A DNA stretch of 64,000 nucleotides from Rebecca billardiae RCC1528 (lineage: Eukaryota; Protista; Haptophyta), in contig OZ251231.1 in assembly GCA_965240325.2 (NCBI GenBank), forward strand, positions 1,364,001 to 1,428,000. The letters are read 5' to 3'. A model generated the notes under the pieces. That model saw nothing but the letters and a program-made list of their open reading frames with translations, was not told the origin of the DNA and ran no database searches. The translations under genes were made by a program, and so were the position numbers. Position 1 is the first letter of the stretch. The number at the start of each line of letters is the position of its first letter. Shown piece by piece: positions 47,901-61,203 of this stretch.

Positions 47901-50900
47901 GCGCGAGCACCGCGACGAACACCGACTGCACGAAGATCGCCGTGAGCAGCTGCGCGACCGACGCGTACGACGACGCGTCCGCGCCGCCGCCCGAGTTGGG
48001 CGCGGCGCCGAGCACCGCCACCCGCACCAGGATCACGCCGCCGACGAGGACGAGCTTGCGCAAAGTCTCCACCGCCTCCCACCAGACGGTGTGCGGCGCG
48101 AGCCCGACGCGGATGAACGAGAGCGGCGACTGCCCCGCCACCCACTCCGAGTCGTCCCTGAGCAGCACGCGGTAGAAGGCGTACGGCAGCGCGACCGAGT
48201 AGACAAACATCGCGATGTACGCAAACGGTAGGTACGCCTCGTGCTCGGCCGAGTCGAAGTCGACGGAGTAGTCGGACTTGAGCACGCGCTTCGGACGGCT
48301 CGCCTCGACGTCGACCGACTCCGTGTTCACCGCCGAGAAGAGCGACGCTGTCGCGGAGGGCAGGATGAGGTACGCGCTCATCAGGAACGGGCGGAGCACC
48401 GAGCCCACAAAGTCGCGCCGCTTGTCGAACAGCTTGGAGTGGTGCCGCGCGCGGTGGTACAGCTCGAAGAGGAGCCACACGCCGCCGAAGACGGAGAGCA
48501 CGCCGAGCGGCGCGAGCGCGATCCCGACCATCCCCGTGTGGTACCCCACGCCGATGCAGTTGAACCCGTTGAGGTACAGGTTGTCGAAGGCGAGCCAGCG
48601 GAAGCCGCCGAGCGTCTCGCGGAACGCGACCGGCAGCGTGACGCCGTACACGCGCTCGAGCAGCAGCGTGAGCTGCACGAACGCGAGCGTGGTGCGCGCC
48701 GCCACCTTGAACGAGACGACGACCGCGGGCGTGACCGCGCCCGCCAGCGCCACCTTGAGCTGCGTGAGCAGCTTGCGCGACGGCTTGGGCTTCTGCCCCG
48801 GCTTGTGCCCCTTCAGCCAGCGCGCGAGCGCGGCCATCTTCTCGTCCATCCGCCCGTGGAAGCTCGCGATGATCAGCACGACGCACACGAGCGAGAAGCC
48901 GATCATCAGCCCAAAGACGAGCTCCGCGCGGCGCGTCGCCGCCGGGCAGCGCGCGCATCGGTCGTCCGTGCCCATGAAGAAGCTGCGCGCGCGCGGGGGG
49001 CCGGCGGTCAGGCTCGCGATTGGCGCGCGGCCGGCGGCACGCACGCACGGCACGCGCGGCCGGCGGCACGCACGCGCTTGCCGCGCGCGCGCGCGCACCC
49101 GGGGTCGCACACTTCGCAGTACGGCCCACCGTGGTGCTCGGCGCACAGATCGCCGCTCTTGGCGCCCTTTGAGCCCGGGCACGCGCGCTCGCCGCGGCCG
49201 CACTCGCGCAGGTCTGCCGTGTCCTTGGAGTTGCGCCAGAAGCCGGGCTTCACCTCGAGCGTGGCGAGCGTCGAGCCCACCCTGTCGCACGTGACGGACG
49301 CGTTGCACGCGAAGCAGATTCGGTTCGACTCGTTGTACTTGCGCTCGTAGTACCCCTGCTGGCACACGCAGCCCGCCTCGGCGTCCGTCCCCTCAAACTC
49401 GGTCGTCATGAACGGGTCCACGTCCGTGCACTGCTGGCACACGTCGTTGTCGTCCGCGTCGTCCGCCGTGCGGAACGTGCCGATCGGGCACGGCTCGCTG
49501 CGCGAGGAGCGGCGGCGCCGACGCCGCGCGCACGCGGCGCGCGCGGGCGGCGGAGGGCGGACGCACGCTGAGCGCGAGTGCGCCCGCCGCGCGCTGGCCG
49601 CCGCCCGCCCAGAGGGGAGCACTCCACCGCGCGGCGCGGCGCGCGCACCAGGGCGTGTTGCCCGTGCGGCCGAGCCCGGGCGGGCACGAGCCTCTGTACG
49701 TGAAGAGGCCGCTCGCGAACGCGTCCTGCGCGCCCGTCTGGTTCTTGACGATCCGGATCGACGGCACGTCGGCAAAGTCGTTGGTGGGCTTGGGCGGCGC
49801 GACGCACCACGCGAACTGCGGCGAGATGATGCCGGGCTCGGCGCACGCCGCCTGCGCGCCCGTCGCCTCGTCCACCAAGAAGATGGTGATCTGGTCACAC
49901 GGCACGTCGCACGCGTCGCCAAAGTTGGCGCCCTGCAGGAAGAGCGGGCCCGGGTCGTTGGGGTTGAACTCCTGCGCGTTCAGGATGAGGTTGACGACGG
50001 CGGAGGGCGGCGGCGGCGAGGGCGGCGGCGGCGAGGGTGGCGGCGAGGGCGGCGGCGAGGGCGGCGGCGAGGGCGGCGGCGGCGAGGGCGGCGGCGAGGG
50101 CGGCGGCGAGGGCGGCGGCGAGGGCGGCGGCGAGGGCGGCGGCGGGCTCGGCGGCGGGCTCGGCGGCGGGCTCGGCGGCGGCGGGCTGGGCGGCGGCGAG
50201 GGCGGTGGCGAGGGCGGCGGCGAGGGCGGCGGCGTCGGCGGCGGCGGCGGGCTGGGCGGCGGGCTGGGCGGCGGGCTGGGCGGCGGGCTCGGCGGCGGCG
50301 AGGGCGGCGGGCTCGGCGGCGGCGAGGGCGGCGGCGGGCTGGGCGGCGGGCTGGGCGGCGGGCTGGGCGGCGGCGAGGGCGGCGGGCTGGGCGGCGGGCC
50401 GGGCGGCGGCGAGGGCGGCGGGCTGGGTGGCGGGCTGGGCGGCGGCGGGCTGGGCGGCGGGCTCGGTGGCGGCGAGGGCGGCGGGCTGGGCGGCGGCGAG
50501 GGCGGGCTGGGCGGCGGGAACGGCAGGCCGCGCGGCGGCGGCGGCGGCAGCGGCGGCGGGCTGGGCGGCGGGCTGGGCGGCGGGCTGGGCGGCGGGCTGG
50601 GCGGCGGCGGCGGCGGGCTCGGCGGCGGGCTCGGCGGCACGTTGAGCAGCGCCACATTCTGCACCGTCGCGCCCACCGCCTGCTGCAGCGCCGTGTTGTC
50701 CGTCTGCTCGACGGCCGCCACGACGTCCACCGGGTTGGGCTCGTCCGCCGGCTGGTAGATCTCGACGTCCACAACCGTCGAGCCGCCAGCGACGGCGATG
50801 ATCCGGATGCGCGTCTCGTCAAAGTCGCAGCCGCACTCGGCCGAGAGCTGCGCGTCGATGAAGGCGATCAGCGCCGCCTCCTGCGTGGCGTTCCACGTGC

Positions 50901-53900
50901 CCACGTCCACGTCGAACTCGTACGAGATGATGATGATCTCGCCCGGAGGCGGCGGCGAGGGCGGCGGGTGCGGCGGCGGGCTGGGCGGCGGCGAGGGCGG
51001 CGGGGTCGGCGGCGGCGGCGGCGAGGGCGGCGGCGAGGGCGGCGGCAGTGGCGGCAGGCTCGGCGACGGCGACGGCGGAGGGCTCGGCGGCGGCAGCGGC
51101 GGCGGGAGCGGCAGCGGCGACGGCGGTGGGTTCGGTGGCGGCGGGCTCGCGGCCGGGACGCTTGCACCCAGCTTGAGCATGTACACAGTGTCGTGGCCCG
51201 GTGCGCTCACGGCGGCGTCCGCTTGCCCGTCGCCGTCGAGGTCGCCGAGCAGCGCAGCGCCGTTGCCGAAGAAGTCGTCCGCCGAGAGCGGCGAGCCGAA
51301 GCCATCCGTCCCGTTGGTGATCAGCTCAGACTGGCGCACCGTGCCGTCCCTGCGGAGGTAGAGCACGAACGCCGAGCCCGTGTTCCCGTCGTAGTTCGGA
51401 GCTCCGACGAGCGCATCGGTGATGCCGTCGCCGTCAACGTCCTGGCCGGCAGAGACGGAGCGCCCAAAGAGGCTGACTCGGTCGAGCCCTGTCACGCCGC
51501 CTCCGGCAGTCGCCGACACCTTCTGCGCACCCTTGAGCGTGCCGTCGGCGCGGAGAAAGAGCGTGTACACCGCGCCGCGCTGCGGGGCTCCACCGTCAGC
51601 GTCGCTGCCCGCGCCGACCATCACGTCAGTCACGCCGTCGCCGTCGAGGTCGCCGTGCGAGGCGCAGCCGTCGCCAAACCCGAAGACACCGAACGGCGTG
51701 GGAGCCGCGCCATCAATCGTCGCGAGGCTGTGCACGACCTCCGACTTGACGGTGCCGTCGCTGTGGAGGAAGAGCACAAGCACGCTGTACGCACCCCCCA
51801 TACCGACGAGCGCATCTGGCACGCCGTCGCCGTCCAGGTCGCCGATGCCTGCTGCGCACGAACCGAGTCTGTCGTAGTCTTGCAGGGCGTAGCTCAGCCC
51901 GCCCTCTGTGCTCGAGATCTTGCTCGACGCCTTGAGGGTGGCGTCCGCGTGCATGAAGAGCACGTACGCCGCGCCGCGAGCAGTGCCGCCACCAAGGTCC
52001 GCAAAATCGCCGGCCATGATGTCGGGCACGCCGTCACCGTCCACATCGCCGAGCGCACCCAGACCAATGCCCAGCCAAATGCTGCCGTCGACGACGAGCT
52101 TCGTGTCAGCCTTGACGGTGCCGTTGGCGTTGAGCAGCAGCAAGAATACCTCGCCCACGGTGTCACTGCTGCCCACGAGGAGGTCGGGCACACCGTCGCC
52201 ATCAAAGTCGCCCAGCGGCTCGAGCGTGTTCCCAAACGCGCCCGCTGAGGCAGGGCCGACGAAGCCGCCTTCGGTGGGCGAGATGCGCACGACCGACGCC
52301 ACTGTCTCGGGCGGAGACGGCGGCGGGCTCGGCGGGCTCGGCGGCGGGCTTGGCGGCGGCGGGCTCGGCGGCGGGCTCGGCGGCGCCCTCGGTGGCGGCG
52401 GGCTCGCGGGCGGGACGCGAGCCCCGAGCTTGAGCATGTACACAGTCGTGTCGCCAGGTGCGCTCACGGCAGCGTCCGCTTGCCCGTCGCCGTCGAGGTC
52501 GCCGAGCAGCGCAGCGCCTGTGCCGAAGGTGTCGTCCGCAGAGAGCGGCGAGCCGAAGCCCTGTGTCCCGTTGGTGATCAGCTCAGACTGGCGCACCGTG
52601 CCGTCCCGGCGGAGGTAGAGCACTATCGCCGCGCCCGTTCGCCCGCCGTAGTGCGGAGCTCCGACGAGCGCATCGGTGATGCCGTCGCCGTCAACGTCCT
52701 GCCCGGCAGAGACGGAGGTCCCGAAGAGCATGTTCACCTGGTCGAGCCCTTCCACCGCGCCCCCCACTCTCGAGTTCGACGACACCTTCTGCACACGCTT
52801 GATCGACCCGTCGGTGCGCAGAAAGAGTGTGTACACGGCGCCGGCGCCGAGGTTTCCGACGTTGTCGCCGGTCGCTCCGACCATCACGTCAGTCACGCCG
52901 TCCCCGTCGAGATCGCCGTGCGAGGCGCACGAGCTGCCGAACGAAGACAACGAAAGCGCAGACGGGTCAATCGACGTCACGTTGTGCACCACCTCCGACT
53001 TGACGGTGCCGTCGCTGTTGAGGAAGAGCACAAGGACGCTCTCGGTCCCCAACTCACCCACGAGCGCATCGGGCACGCCGTCGCCGTCAAGGTCGCCGAG
53101 GCGTGCGACGCACGAGCCGAAAAGTCCAGAGTCCTGGAGGGCGTGGCTCAGCCCGCCCGCTGTCTCCGAGATCTTGCTCGACGCCTTGAGGGTGGCGTCG
53201 GCGTGGAGGAAGAGCACGTACGCTGCACCGCGAGCGCTGCCGCCGTCACCGAAGTCCAGTATGTCGCCGGCCATGATGTCGGCCACGCCGTCGCCGTCAA
53301 CGTCGCCGAGCGCATCCATGCCGTAGCCCAGCCAGAGACTGCCGGCGACGGCGAGCTTCGTGTCCCGCTTGACGGTGCCGTTGGCGTTGAGCAGCAGCGC
53401 ATACAGCTCGCCGCGTGGGTTGTTCGTGCCCACGAGCAGGTCGGGCACGCCGTCGGCATCAAAGTCGCCCAGCGGCGCGAGCGTGTACCCAAACGTGCCC
53501 TCCGAGGCAGGGCCGACGTAGCCGCCTTCGGTGGGCGAGATGCGCGAGAGTGACGCCACCGTCTTGGGCGGAGACGGCGGCGGGCTCGGCGGCGGGCTCG
53601 GCGGCGGGAGCGGCCTCGCGGCCGGCGGCACCGCGGCCGGCGGCACCGCGGCCGGGCTGGGTGGCAGGCTCGGCGGCGGGCTCGGCGGTGGGCTCGGCGG
53701 TGGGCTCGGTGGCGGGAGGCTCGGCGGCGGCGGGCTCGGCGGCGGGCTCGGTGGCGGGAGCGGCCCCGCGGCCGGCGGCACGGCGGCCAGGCTCGGTGGC
53801 AGGCTCGGCGGCGGGCTCGGCGGTGGGTTCGGTGGCGGGAGGCTCGGCGGCGGGCTCGGCGGCGGGCTCGGCCCCGCCGCCGGCGGCACCGCCCCCGTGC

Positions 53901-54210
53901 CGGGTGGCAGGCTCGGCGGCGGGCTCGGCGGTGGGTTCGGTGGCGGGAGGCTCGGCGGCGGGCTCGGCGGCGGGTTCGGTGGCGGGAGCGGCCCCGCGGC
54001 CGGCGGCCCCGCGGTCGTACTCGGTGGCAGGCTCGGCGGCGGGCTCGGCGGCGGGTTCGGTGGCGGGAGCGGCCCCATGGCCGGCGGCGATTGGCCCTGC
54101 GCTCCGATGACTATGGCGGCGAGGACCGTGAGCGCCGCGAGCGCCTGACGGCCACGACTGGACGGTAGCCCATGCACCAGTCTACCGCGGACGTTGTGTT
54201 CATGGCGCAT
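44965..54210 (-). CDS. Giant receptor-like protein (~2,908 aa): signal, Pro-rich, 2 x FG-GAP propeller, extensin-like stalks, Cys-rich repeats, multi-TM, TIR-like; introns 49498-49648, 48983-49098, 45940-46191
   Basis: Repeated FG...GDLDGDGVPD.LVG motifs and SPPP arrays; CP.G.F/CVCQQGYY/GPYCEVC Cys motifs; at least seven hydrophobic helices with WWEAVE..RKL; HAFLSY...AVIVLISDGY TIR-like segment. Three GT-AG introns join four ORFs in frame (8727 nt). Confidence 0.8.
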
Positions 54211-55402
54211 CAGCTCGAGGCCCTCGTCGGCAGCACCGCGCCGCGTGCACTGTCGCGTACGCGAGCGACCACAATTTTGGTCGCCCCGAGCCTTCGCTCC
54301 TGCGGAGATGCACCTCACGCGCACGGCAAAATGTTTCGCGCGGCGTGAGCGCTGCTCCGGCTCCCCACACGCTCGTCGCGCTCGCGCATCGGGGTGGAGG
54401 ACTGTGGTTGATTGATGATTGGCCCAGGCGTGCTGATCATGATTCATGAGGCTGCCGCCATATTATTCGGGCGAACAAAGAAGCGAGCGTTGAAGAGCGA
54501 GATGAGTACAGTATTGCACATAACTACTAGTATGAGATTCTTTCTTTCGTGAATAGCATATGAGCATACCTGAGATGGGTACAGTCAATATGCACCATTG
54601 GTCCGTTTTGAGTTCACACCACTTCGAGCCCATAGACGTATTTCATTACCGCTCATCAGCGGTAAAAATAAACTGTATGTAGTCTGAACACTGATTATTA
54701 TTAGACAGGTGAAACTCAGGCTTGATGGAATCGGGCGAATCCTCTCACGACGTGAACCTCGCGAGGTGGACGAGGCTGAAATTATGGCCCCTCGTCGACT
54801 TGTCGCCGACGAGAGGGCAACCTCGATCGTGATGTGCCTGGCAGCAGCCGTGCTTGCGAGCGCGCCTTGTGTACTGGGTGCGCCGTTGACCACAAACTCG
54901 GCAGCCCGCCCGGGAGGCGCGGAGGGCAGGGCCAGCAGTGTTGGGATCGTTGGCCGGTCATGCGCACGCGGAGGCTCGACCTGTTGGTCGGAGGCCGGCC
55001 TGGGCAGCGGCTGGGCGCTCATCATGATCTGAATGGCGACTCGTGCGCCGTCTGCCCGTCGTCTCCAAAGAGCTAGCATCAGTGTTGCCGCCATCAGTCC
55101 GTTGATAATACTACGACGACCGTGATGATGATCAGATCGATCGATACTGCTACTACTACTATATATATATACACGACTCGGCCGGTACAGTATACGTTAT
55201 ATATATATATACTACAGTCGGAGTCTAGCGCAGCTAGTCGCGTAGTATTGCACAGGCAGACTGGCGAAGGCCGACGAGAGCAGGCTGCATAGTGCATGCG
55301 CTGCGTGCGCCACCGCGCAGCCAATGTGAACGCAACGCCTTTTTCTCGCCCAGGCCGCGGCACGGGCACTCGGCTCTGTACATCTGCTGCAGCGCGGCGC
55401 CC

Positions 55403-58400
55403 TCACACGCGACCCAGACTGTCGCCTTCTGCGCTCGTCGATGCCGCCGCCGCCGCCGCCGCGCCCGTGCCACAGCCGCGCAGGCGGAACATGCTGCCCG
55501 ACGACGAGCTGAACGCCGCCCGCGCGGATGCTCGTGCGCGGCGTTGCGACGGGCTGAGGGTGCCCGGTCTGGGCGGTGCGTGCCCGCGCGAGGCGCGCTG
55601 CACGCGCACACGCTTGTCCACGTCACCCGCGTTGCGCGCCTCCACGCGCAGCCTCGGCGGCAGCGCGCGGCGGGCGTCCCCAGCGCCGCGCGGCGCGGGC
55701 GCCCGCTCCTCCCAAGGCAGCCAGCGGCACAGCGTGCTGTGAGTGCCGCCGATGGGCCGCAGGCTGTGCAGCACGGCCCGCACCTGCGCGTACTGCAGCT
55801 CGGAGCTGCCGTGCGGCGCGAACGGGAGCGCGATCACCTTGAGCACGTGCTCGAGCGCCGCCTGCACCTCGGGCGGCGAGATCCCGTGCCGCTCGAGGTA
55901 CGCCCAACCCTTGGCTGAGAAGACGGCTCGGCGCTGCAGCTGCTCCATCCACGCGGCGCCGTACGCGCTGAAGTCGAAGCCGCCGCCGATCGCGAGGATG
56001 GGCACGGTGTGCACGCCGAGCTTGTGCGCCAGCGCAATCGTGCACACGCTCGGCGCGTCCTCGAACAGGCCGGCGCCGAGCAGCACGAGCAGGTTGGGCG
56101 CGGACGCGAGCCGGGTCACTCGGTCGCGGACCCAAGCCTCAGCGCTGCCGAACGGGCCGGCCTCTGCTGATCCAGCGCCCTCCGCTTCCGTGCCGTCGGC
56201 CTCCGAGCCGCCGGGGCGCGGGGAGCGGCGGAAGCCGGCCGCGCTCAGGTGCGCAGCCGGCGCGAGCACGGAGCGCGCGCCCGCTGCGCCCAGGTGCGCG
56301 ACCGGCGCGAGCACGGAGCGCGCGCCGCGCTCCGCAGCGCTCGTCACCGCCGCGAGCCCGCTCGCAAAGTCGCTGCCGCGGCGCTCGGCCGCGGGCGCGC
56401 CCTCGGGCGGCGGCGGTGGCTGCAGCGGCGGCGGCGGCGGCAGCCCGTCAGGTGGGAGTGGTTCCATCGGAGGATGCCGCGGTGGCGATGGCGTCGGCGG
56501 CGCCCCCTCCGATTGCAGTGCCTCGAGCGGAGCGAGCCGCTGCGGCTGCGGCTGCGGCGGCGGCGGCGGCTGCGGCGGCGACAGCGGTGGCGGTGGCTTG
56601 AGCGGCGGCGGCGGTGCGGCCACCGCGTCAGCCGCGGGCCCCACGCACGCGCCGCACGAGGCCTCGCCGCCCTCCCCACCCTCGCCATGCCGCCGCTCCT
56701 CCTCCGGCAGCCGCCACTCGCGCTGCGAGAGCGCGAGCACGCCGCGGTACGGGGCCATCAGCCGGCGCGCGCCGTACCGGTGGTGGACGGCGAGGATGAG
56801 CTTGATCACGTGCGCGTTGCACAGGTCCCGGGGCGAGCAGACGAGCAGCGCGAGCGTCGAGCTCAGCTCGGACGGCCCGAGCGACGGCCTGATCCACCGG
56901 CGGCACACCGGCGCCGTGTTGAGCTCCAGCGGCGCGCTCGCGAGCACCTGCGCGCGCGCGTCGCTCAGAAAGTCGGCACGGAATCGCATGAGCGCGGCCG
57001 CCGCGTTTGGCTGCACAAAGTCGGAGTAGGCGGGGCGCTGGGTGCGGGGCGGCGCCGTCGTTGCGGCCCGCGCCGCCGCCGCGGGCGCGACGGCGCGCCG
57101 CCCGGCCTCCTCCGCGCCCGCGCTCTCCACCGCGAGCTCGCGCACAGCGCCGCGCGCGCTCGCTGCAGCCCGCTTTGGCCGTAGGCGCGGCCGCGTGACT
57201 GGCGACGGCCGCGGCCGCGTCAGCGAGGCCGAGCGCGGCTGCGCGGAGCCGAGCTCGATGACGCGGCGCGCGATGCGCTCGGCCTGCGCCCACTGCCGCT
57301 CCTCCGGCCCGCTCCGCTCGAACTCGAGCCTCGGCTCGAGCGCCGAGAGCGACGCCAGCGCCTCGCGCACCTGCGGCTCACTCGCGCCCGTCTGCTCGGT
57401 CACGATGCCGAGCCCTTCCGCGCCGAGGGCGGCGAGGGTGGCGGAGATGGCGTCGGCGTGGGCGGGCGGGAGGTGGAGCGGCGCGCGGCGGCACGCGGTG
57501 TCGTACATCCACACCGGCACGAGCGGCTTCCCCAGCATCCACGCCGCCACCACCTCGCACATCACCCACGGCCGGTGCAGCACGCTCGGCGAGCACAGCA
57601 GCACGACCACGCGCGAGCGCACCACCGAGCGGAGCAACTCGCTCAGGTCGACGAGGTCGTCCGAGTCGAGGAAGATGGGCACGGTGGGCGGCGCGCCCGC
57701 GCGCGCGGCCGCGCCCGACCCTTTCGCCGGCAGCACGAGCTGGCGCAGCAGGTGCTTGAGCAGCCGCGCCGCGTCGCCCTCGTCGCCCTTGTAGTGAGAC
57801 AGGAAAATGCACGGCGGCATGTTGGCCGGCGTGGCGCGCGACTCGCGCGCGTGCACGTCGGCGAGGGTGCGCGTGCGCTCGCGCACGGCGCGCGCGAGGA
57901 GCGGCGTGCACACGCACGCGCACGCGCACGCGCCCAGCGCGAGCGCGATCAGCGTGAGCGCCGGCAGCTCGGTCACCACGCGCACGCCACCCGGCTCGGC
58001 GTCGGCGGCCTCGTCGGCGCCGCTGTTGCCGCCGCCGCGGCTGTCGTCGGGCGCGGCCGCGACGTCGGGCTCGACTTCGTACTCGGCGGACCACCAGAAG
58101 CCGAGCGGCATCATCTCCCGCTCGGGCGGGTACTGGCTCTTGTCTGTCTCGAAGTGCACGAGCACGCCGCGCTGCTGCGCCGGCGGCAGCGCGCCAAACA
58201 GCGCGTGCGAGCGCACCGCCTCGGCCGCGGCGCCGCCGGGCGCGAGCAGCTCGGCCGCTCCGAGGAAGAGGGTGGTCGGGCTGGCGCAGTCGACGCCCCA
58301 GAAGCCGGGCCTGCACTCGCACTGCCCCGGCGTGCCCGTCGCGTAGATCGCGTTCGCGCACACGCCCTGGTTGCGGCACTCCTGGTCGGCGAAGCAAAAG

Positions 58401-61203
58401 TCGCCGCCTCGCCACACCAGCCCGACGTGCGTGACGGATGCGGACAGGTCGGTGACGACCGTCGCGTCGAGGAAGGGCTCGGGCCGGTAGCGCGCGGCGT
58501 CGAGCAGGCCGAAGCGGAGACCGCGGAGCGCGCGCGGCGCGCCGTCCGCGCGCGACGACGCGACCGTCGCCGGCGGCGCGATCGCCCAGCGGCAGTCGAG
58601 CGAGTGCCAGTTGGTGGCCGCGGCGGCGCCGCCCGCGGCGCGCTCGGCTGGCGGCCACGACCAGAGCTCGCCCTCGCGCGCCGTGTGCAGCACGGGCAGG
58701 CCCGGGAGGCACGCGGCGGCCCAGCAGTTGTCGCCGTACCGGCCCGCGTCGCACTCGCACGTGCCGTCCGCGCGGCACGTCCCCGCGCCGCTGCACACCT
58801 CGCCGCCCGCCGCCTGCGCGCACCCGGCGCCGCCGGCGTCGCGCGCCCAGAAGCGCGCGTCGAAGCGCGAGGGCGCCGACACCTCCGAGGCGCGCAGCGT
58901 GAGGAGCATCTCGACGCGGCCGTCGGGGCTGCCGCCGCCCGCCGCGGCGGCGATCTCGAGCTGCAGCCGCGTCGGCGAGATCGCCGTGGGCAGCTCGTGC
59001 CGCGAGAAGTTGCCCGAGAGCGAGACGACGAGCGCGTCGAGCAGCGGCGCGCGCCCCGCGTACACGTTGATGTGCGCGGCCGACGGCAGCACGTCGATGG
59101 CGTCGAAGTCGAGGACGGGGAGCGAGCCGGGCGGCGCGGAGAGGACCCAGCGGCACTCAGCCGTGCGCAGCGCCGCGTACCCCGGCAGGCTGTACGACCC
59201 GTCCGTCAGGCCGTACGCCGCCTCGCCGGGCGCGCGCCGCGCCTCGACCGTGCCCATGCACCGGCCCGCGCCGCACGCCGAGCCGTAGAAGCCGCCGTCG
59301 CACTCGCACGCGAGGCCGTCGGGCGCGCACTCGCCGTGGCCGCTGCACGAGGCGGCGCGCGAGACGCACGCGGACGCGCTCACGTTGAGCGCCACGCCCT
59401 GCTGCACCCAGCCGCCCAGCGGCTGGTACACGTGGTCGTCGAGCTGCAGCACGATCAGCAGCGGCGGCGGCGCGAGCACGGCGAGAGGCGCGAGCACCGC
59501 GCGCGAGTCCTCGCCGCGCTCGGCGGCGCGGGCGGAGATCATGCCGGTGTAGTCGGCGACGAGCGTGGCGTTGCCCGCGCGCGCCGCCTGCGCCGCCGCC
59601 CACGCCTGCGCCACGCCGTCGCGCGCCTGCTCCGCCGAGAGCTCCACGCGCGCGGCCGCGAGCGCGCCCGGTCCGGAGAAGACGCGCAGCGTGTCCGTCA
59701 GCACATCGAGCGCGAGCAGGGAGAGCTCGACGCGGACGAGGTCGGCGGCGGAGGCGCGGACGAGCACCGCGCAGGTGCGCGCGGTGCGGTTGGACGCGCT
59801 GCTCGCGAGCATCGACACCCAGTGCGCGCCGCCCACCGACGCGCCGCCCAGCTCGAGCTCGGCCACGTGCGCGCGGTTGCAGCCGGCGTCGTCGGCGCCG
59901 GCCGCCAGCGGCGCGCCCTCCGAGTCGGAGAGGCTGAGCCGCTCGAGGAGCGCGTCGGACGGCACGGGCCCGGCGAGCTCGGCCGCCTCGGGCAGCCCCT
60001 CCAGCCGCGCCTCCAGCGCGGCGCGCACCCAGCGCGCGTCAAACCAGCCGGCCACGTCCTCCCCCGCGCGCCTCGCAAGCAGCTTCTGCTCGAGGATGAA
60101 GTCGAGGACGTTGGCCGCCTCGGCGAGGAGGCCGGCGCCGAACCACGCGGCGGAGAGCTGCGTGCGCGCCGAGACGAACGTGTACTGCCGTAGCCCGATC
60201 GGCTCGTCGCGCACCATCGCGCGCGCCTCCGCCTCCTCGGCGGCGGTGAGGTTGAGCGTGCGCGCGCTCACGTTGAGCGCGCGCGCCAGCCAGCGCTGCG
60301 CGTCGACGCCCGCGCGCCGCCGCCCTGCGAGAGCGCGTCGGCGTGCCGGCGCGCGTGGACGAGCGCGGCCACGTTGAGCGCCGCGGCCCCCTCGAACACC
60401 GTCCAGCCCGCGCGCGCGCCGCCCTCCTCCTCCTCGTCCCCGCCGCCCGGCAGCTCCCACGCCATCGGCTCGACGCGCAGGCTGCGCTCCGCCGCGTCCG
60501 CGACGCGGACGAAGCGCTGGACGGCCTCGGGGTGGTCGCGGGCGAAGGCGTCGCGCGCGACGACGATGTTGAATGCGCGCCGCCCCCACGCGCCCAGCTG
60601 CCCCGACGTGATCACCACGTGCCCGCCCGCCCTGGTCACGTGCTCGAGCGCCGTGCCCCACGTGAACGCCGCGTCGATCTCGCCCTCGTCCCACGCGCGC
60701 TCGATGGCGTCGGGGTCGAGGAAGCGGATGTCGACGCGCGACGGCGGGATCGAGAGGATGTCGAGCAGGAAGAGCAGGTGGTAGTGCACCGTCGAGTGCC
60801 GGCTCACAGCCACCACCTTGCCGCTCAGGTGCGTCGGGTTGACGATGCCCGAGCCCGCGCGCGCCACGAGCGCGGACGTGCCGCCCGCCTCGGAGAGGAT
60901 GTATATGGCGGTGAAGCGCAGGCGACGCGCGGTGCCGAGCACCCACGGTGGGCTGCCCACGACCGAGATGTCCAGGTCCTCCGCCTGAAGCATCGCGTTG
61001 GCATGAGCCCCCGTCTGCATGTTGTAGAACGAGAAGCGGTACGAGTGGTTGGTGCCCTCGAAGTCGAGGAGGCGGTACGTGGCGATGGCGGCGAGCGGGG
61101 TGGTCTCGGAGAAGAAGGCGCCCACGTTCACGCGCACCACGCCCGCAAGCGCCACCGCCGGCGCGAGCAGCAGCGCCACGCCGCGCAGCATCCCACCGCG
61201 CAT
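55403..61203 (-). CDS. Single-pass receptor (~1,907 aa): signal, TauA-like substrate-binding domain, CUB-like/EGF modules, TM, TIR, degenerate second TIR; probable intron 60296-60372
   Basis: GSPP...ALVAR...LSGKVVAV...STVHYHL...AWDEGEIDAAFTW resembles TauA/SsuA. Three EGF motifs (CECDGGFYGSAC, CECDAGRYGDNC, CECRPGFWGVDC) and CUB-like CRW segments. TM at ~57896-57960, then IFLSHYK...IFLDSDDL...VVVLLCSPSVLHRPWVMCEVVAA. Confidence 0.82.

Noticed and set aside
44881-60193. Long plus-strand ORFs (1116, 946 and 911 aa)
   Set aside because: They are antisense shadows of GC3-rich minus-strand genes and contain no domains.
60268-60372. Pseudogenising frameshift in the TauA-TIR receptor
   Set aside because: A GT-AG intron with the locally typical GCGCAG acceptor restores the frame, and the rest of the gene is intact. 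A sequencing indel remains possible.
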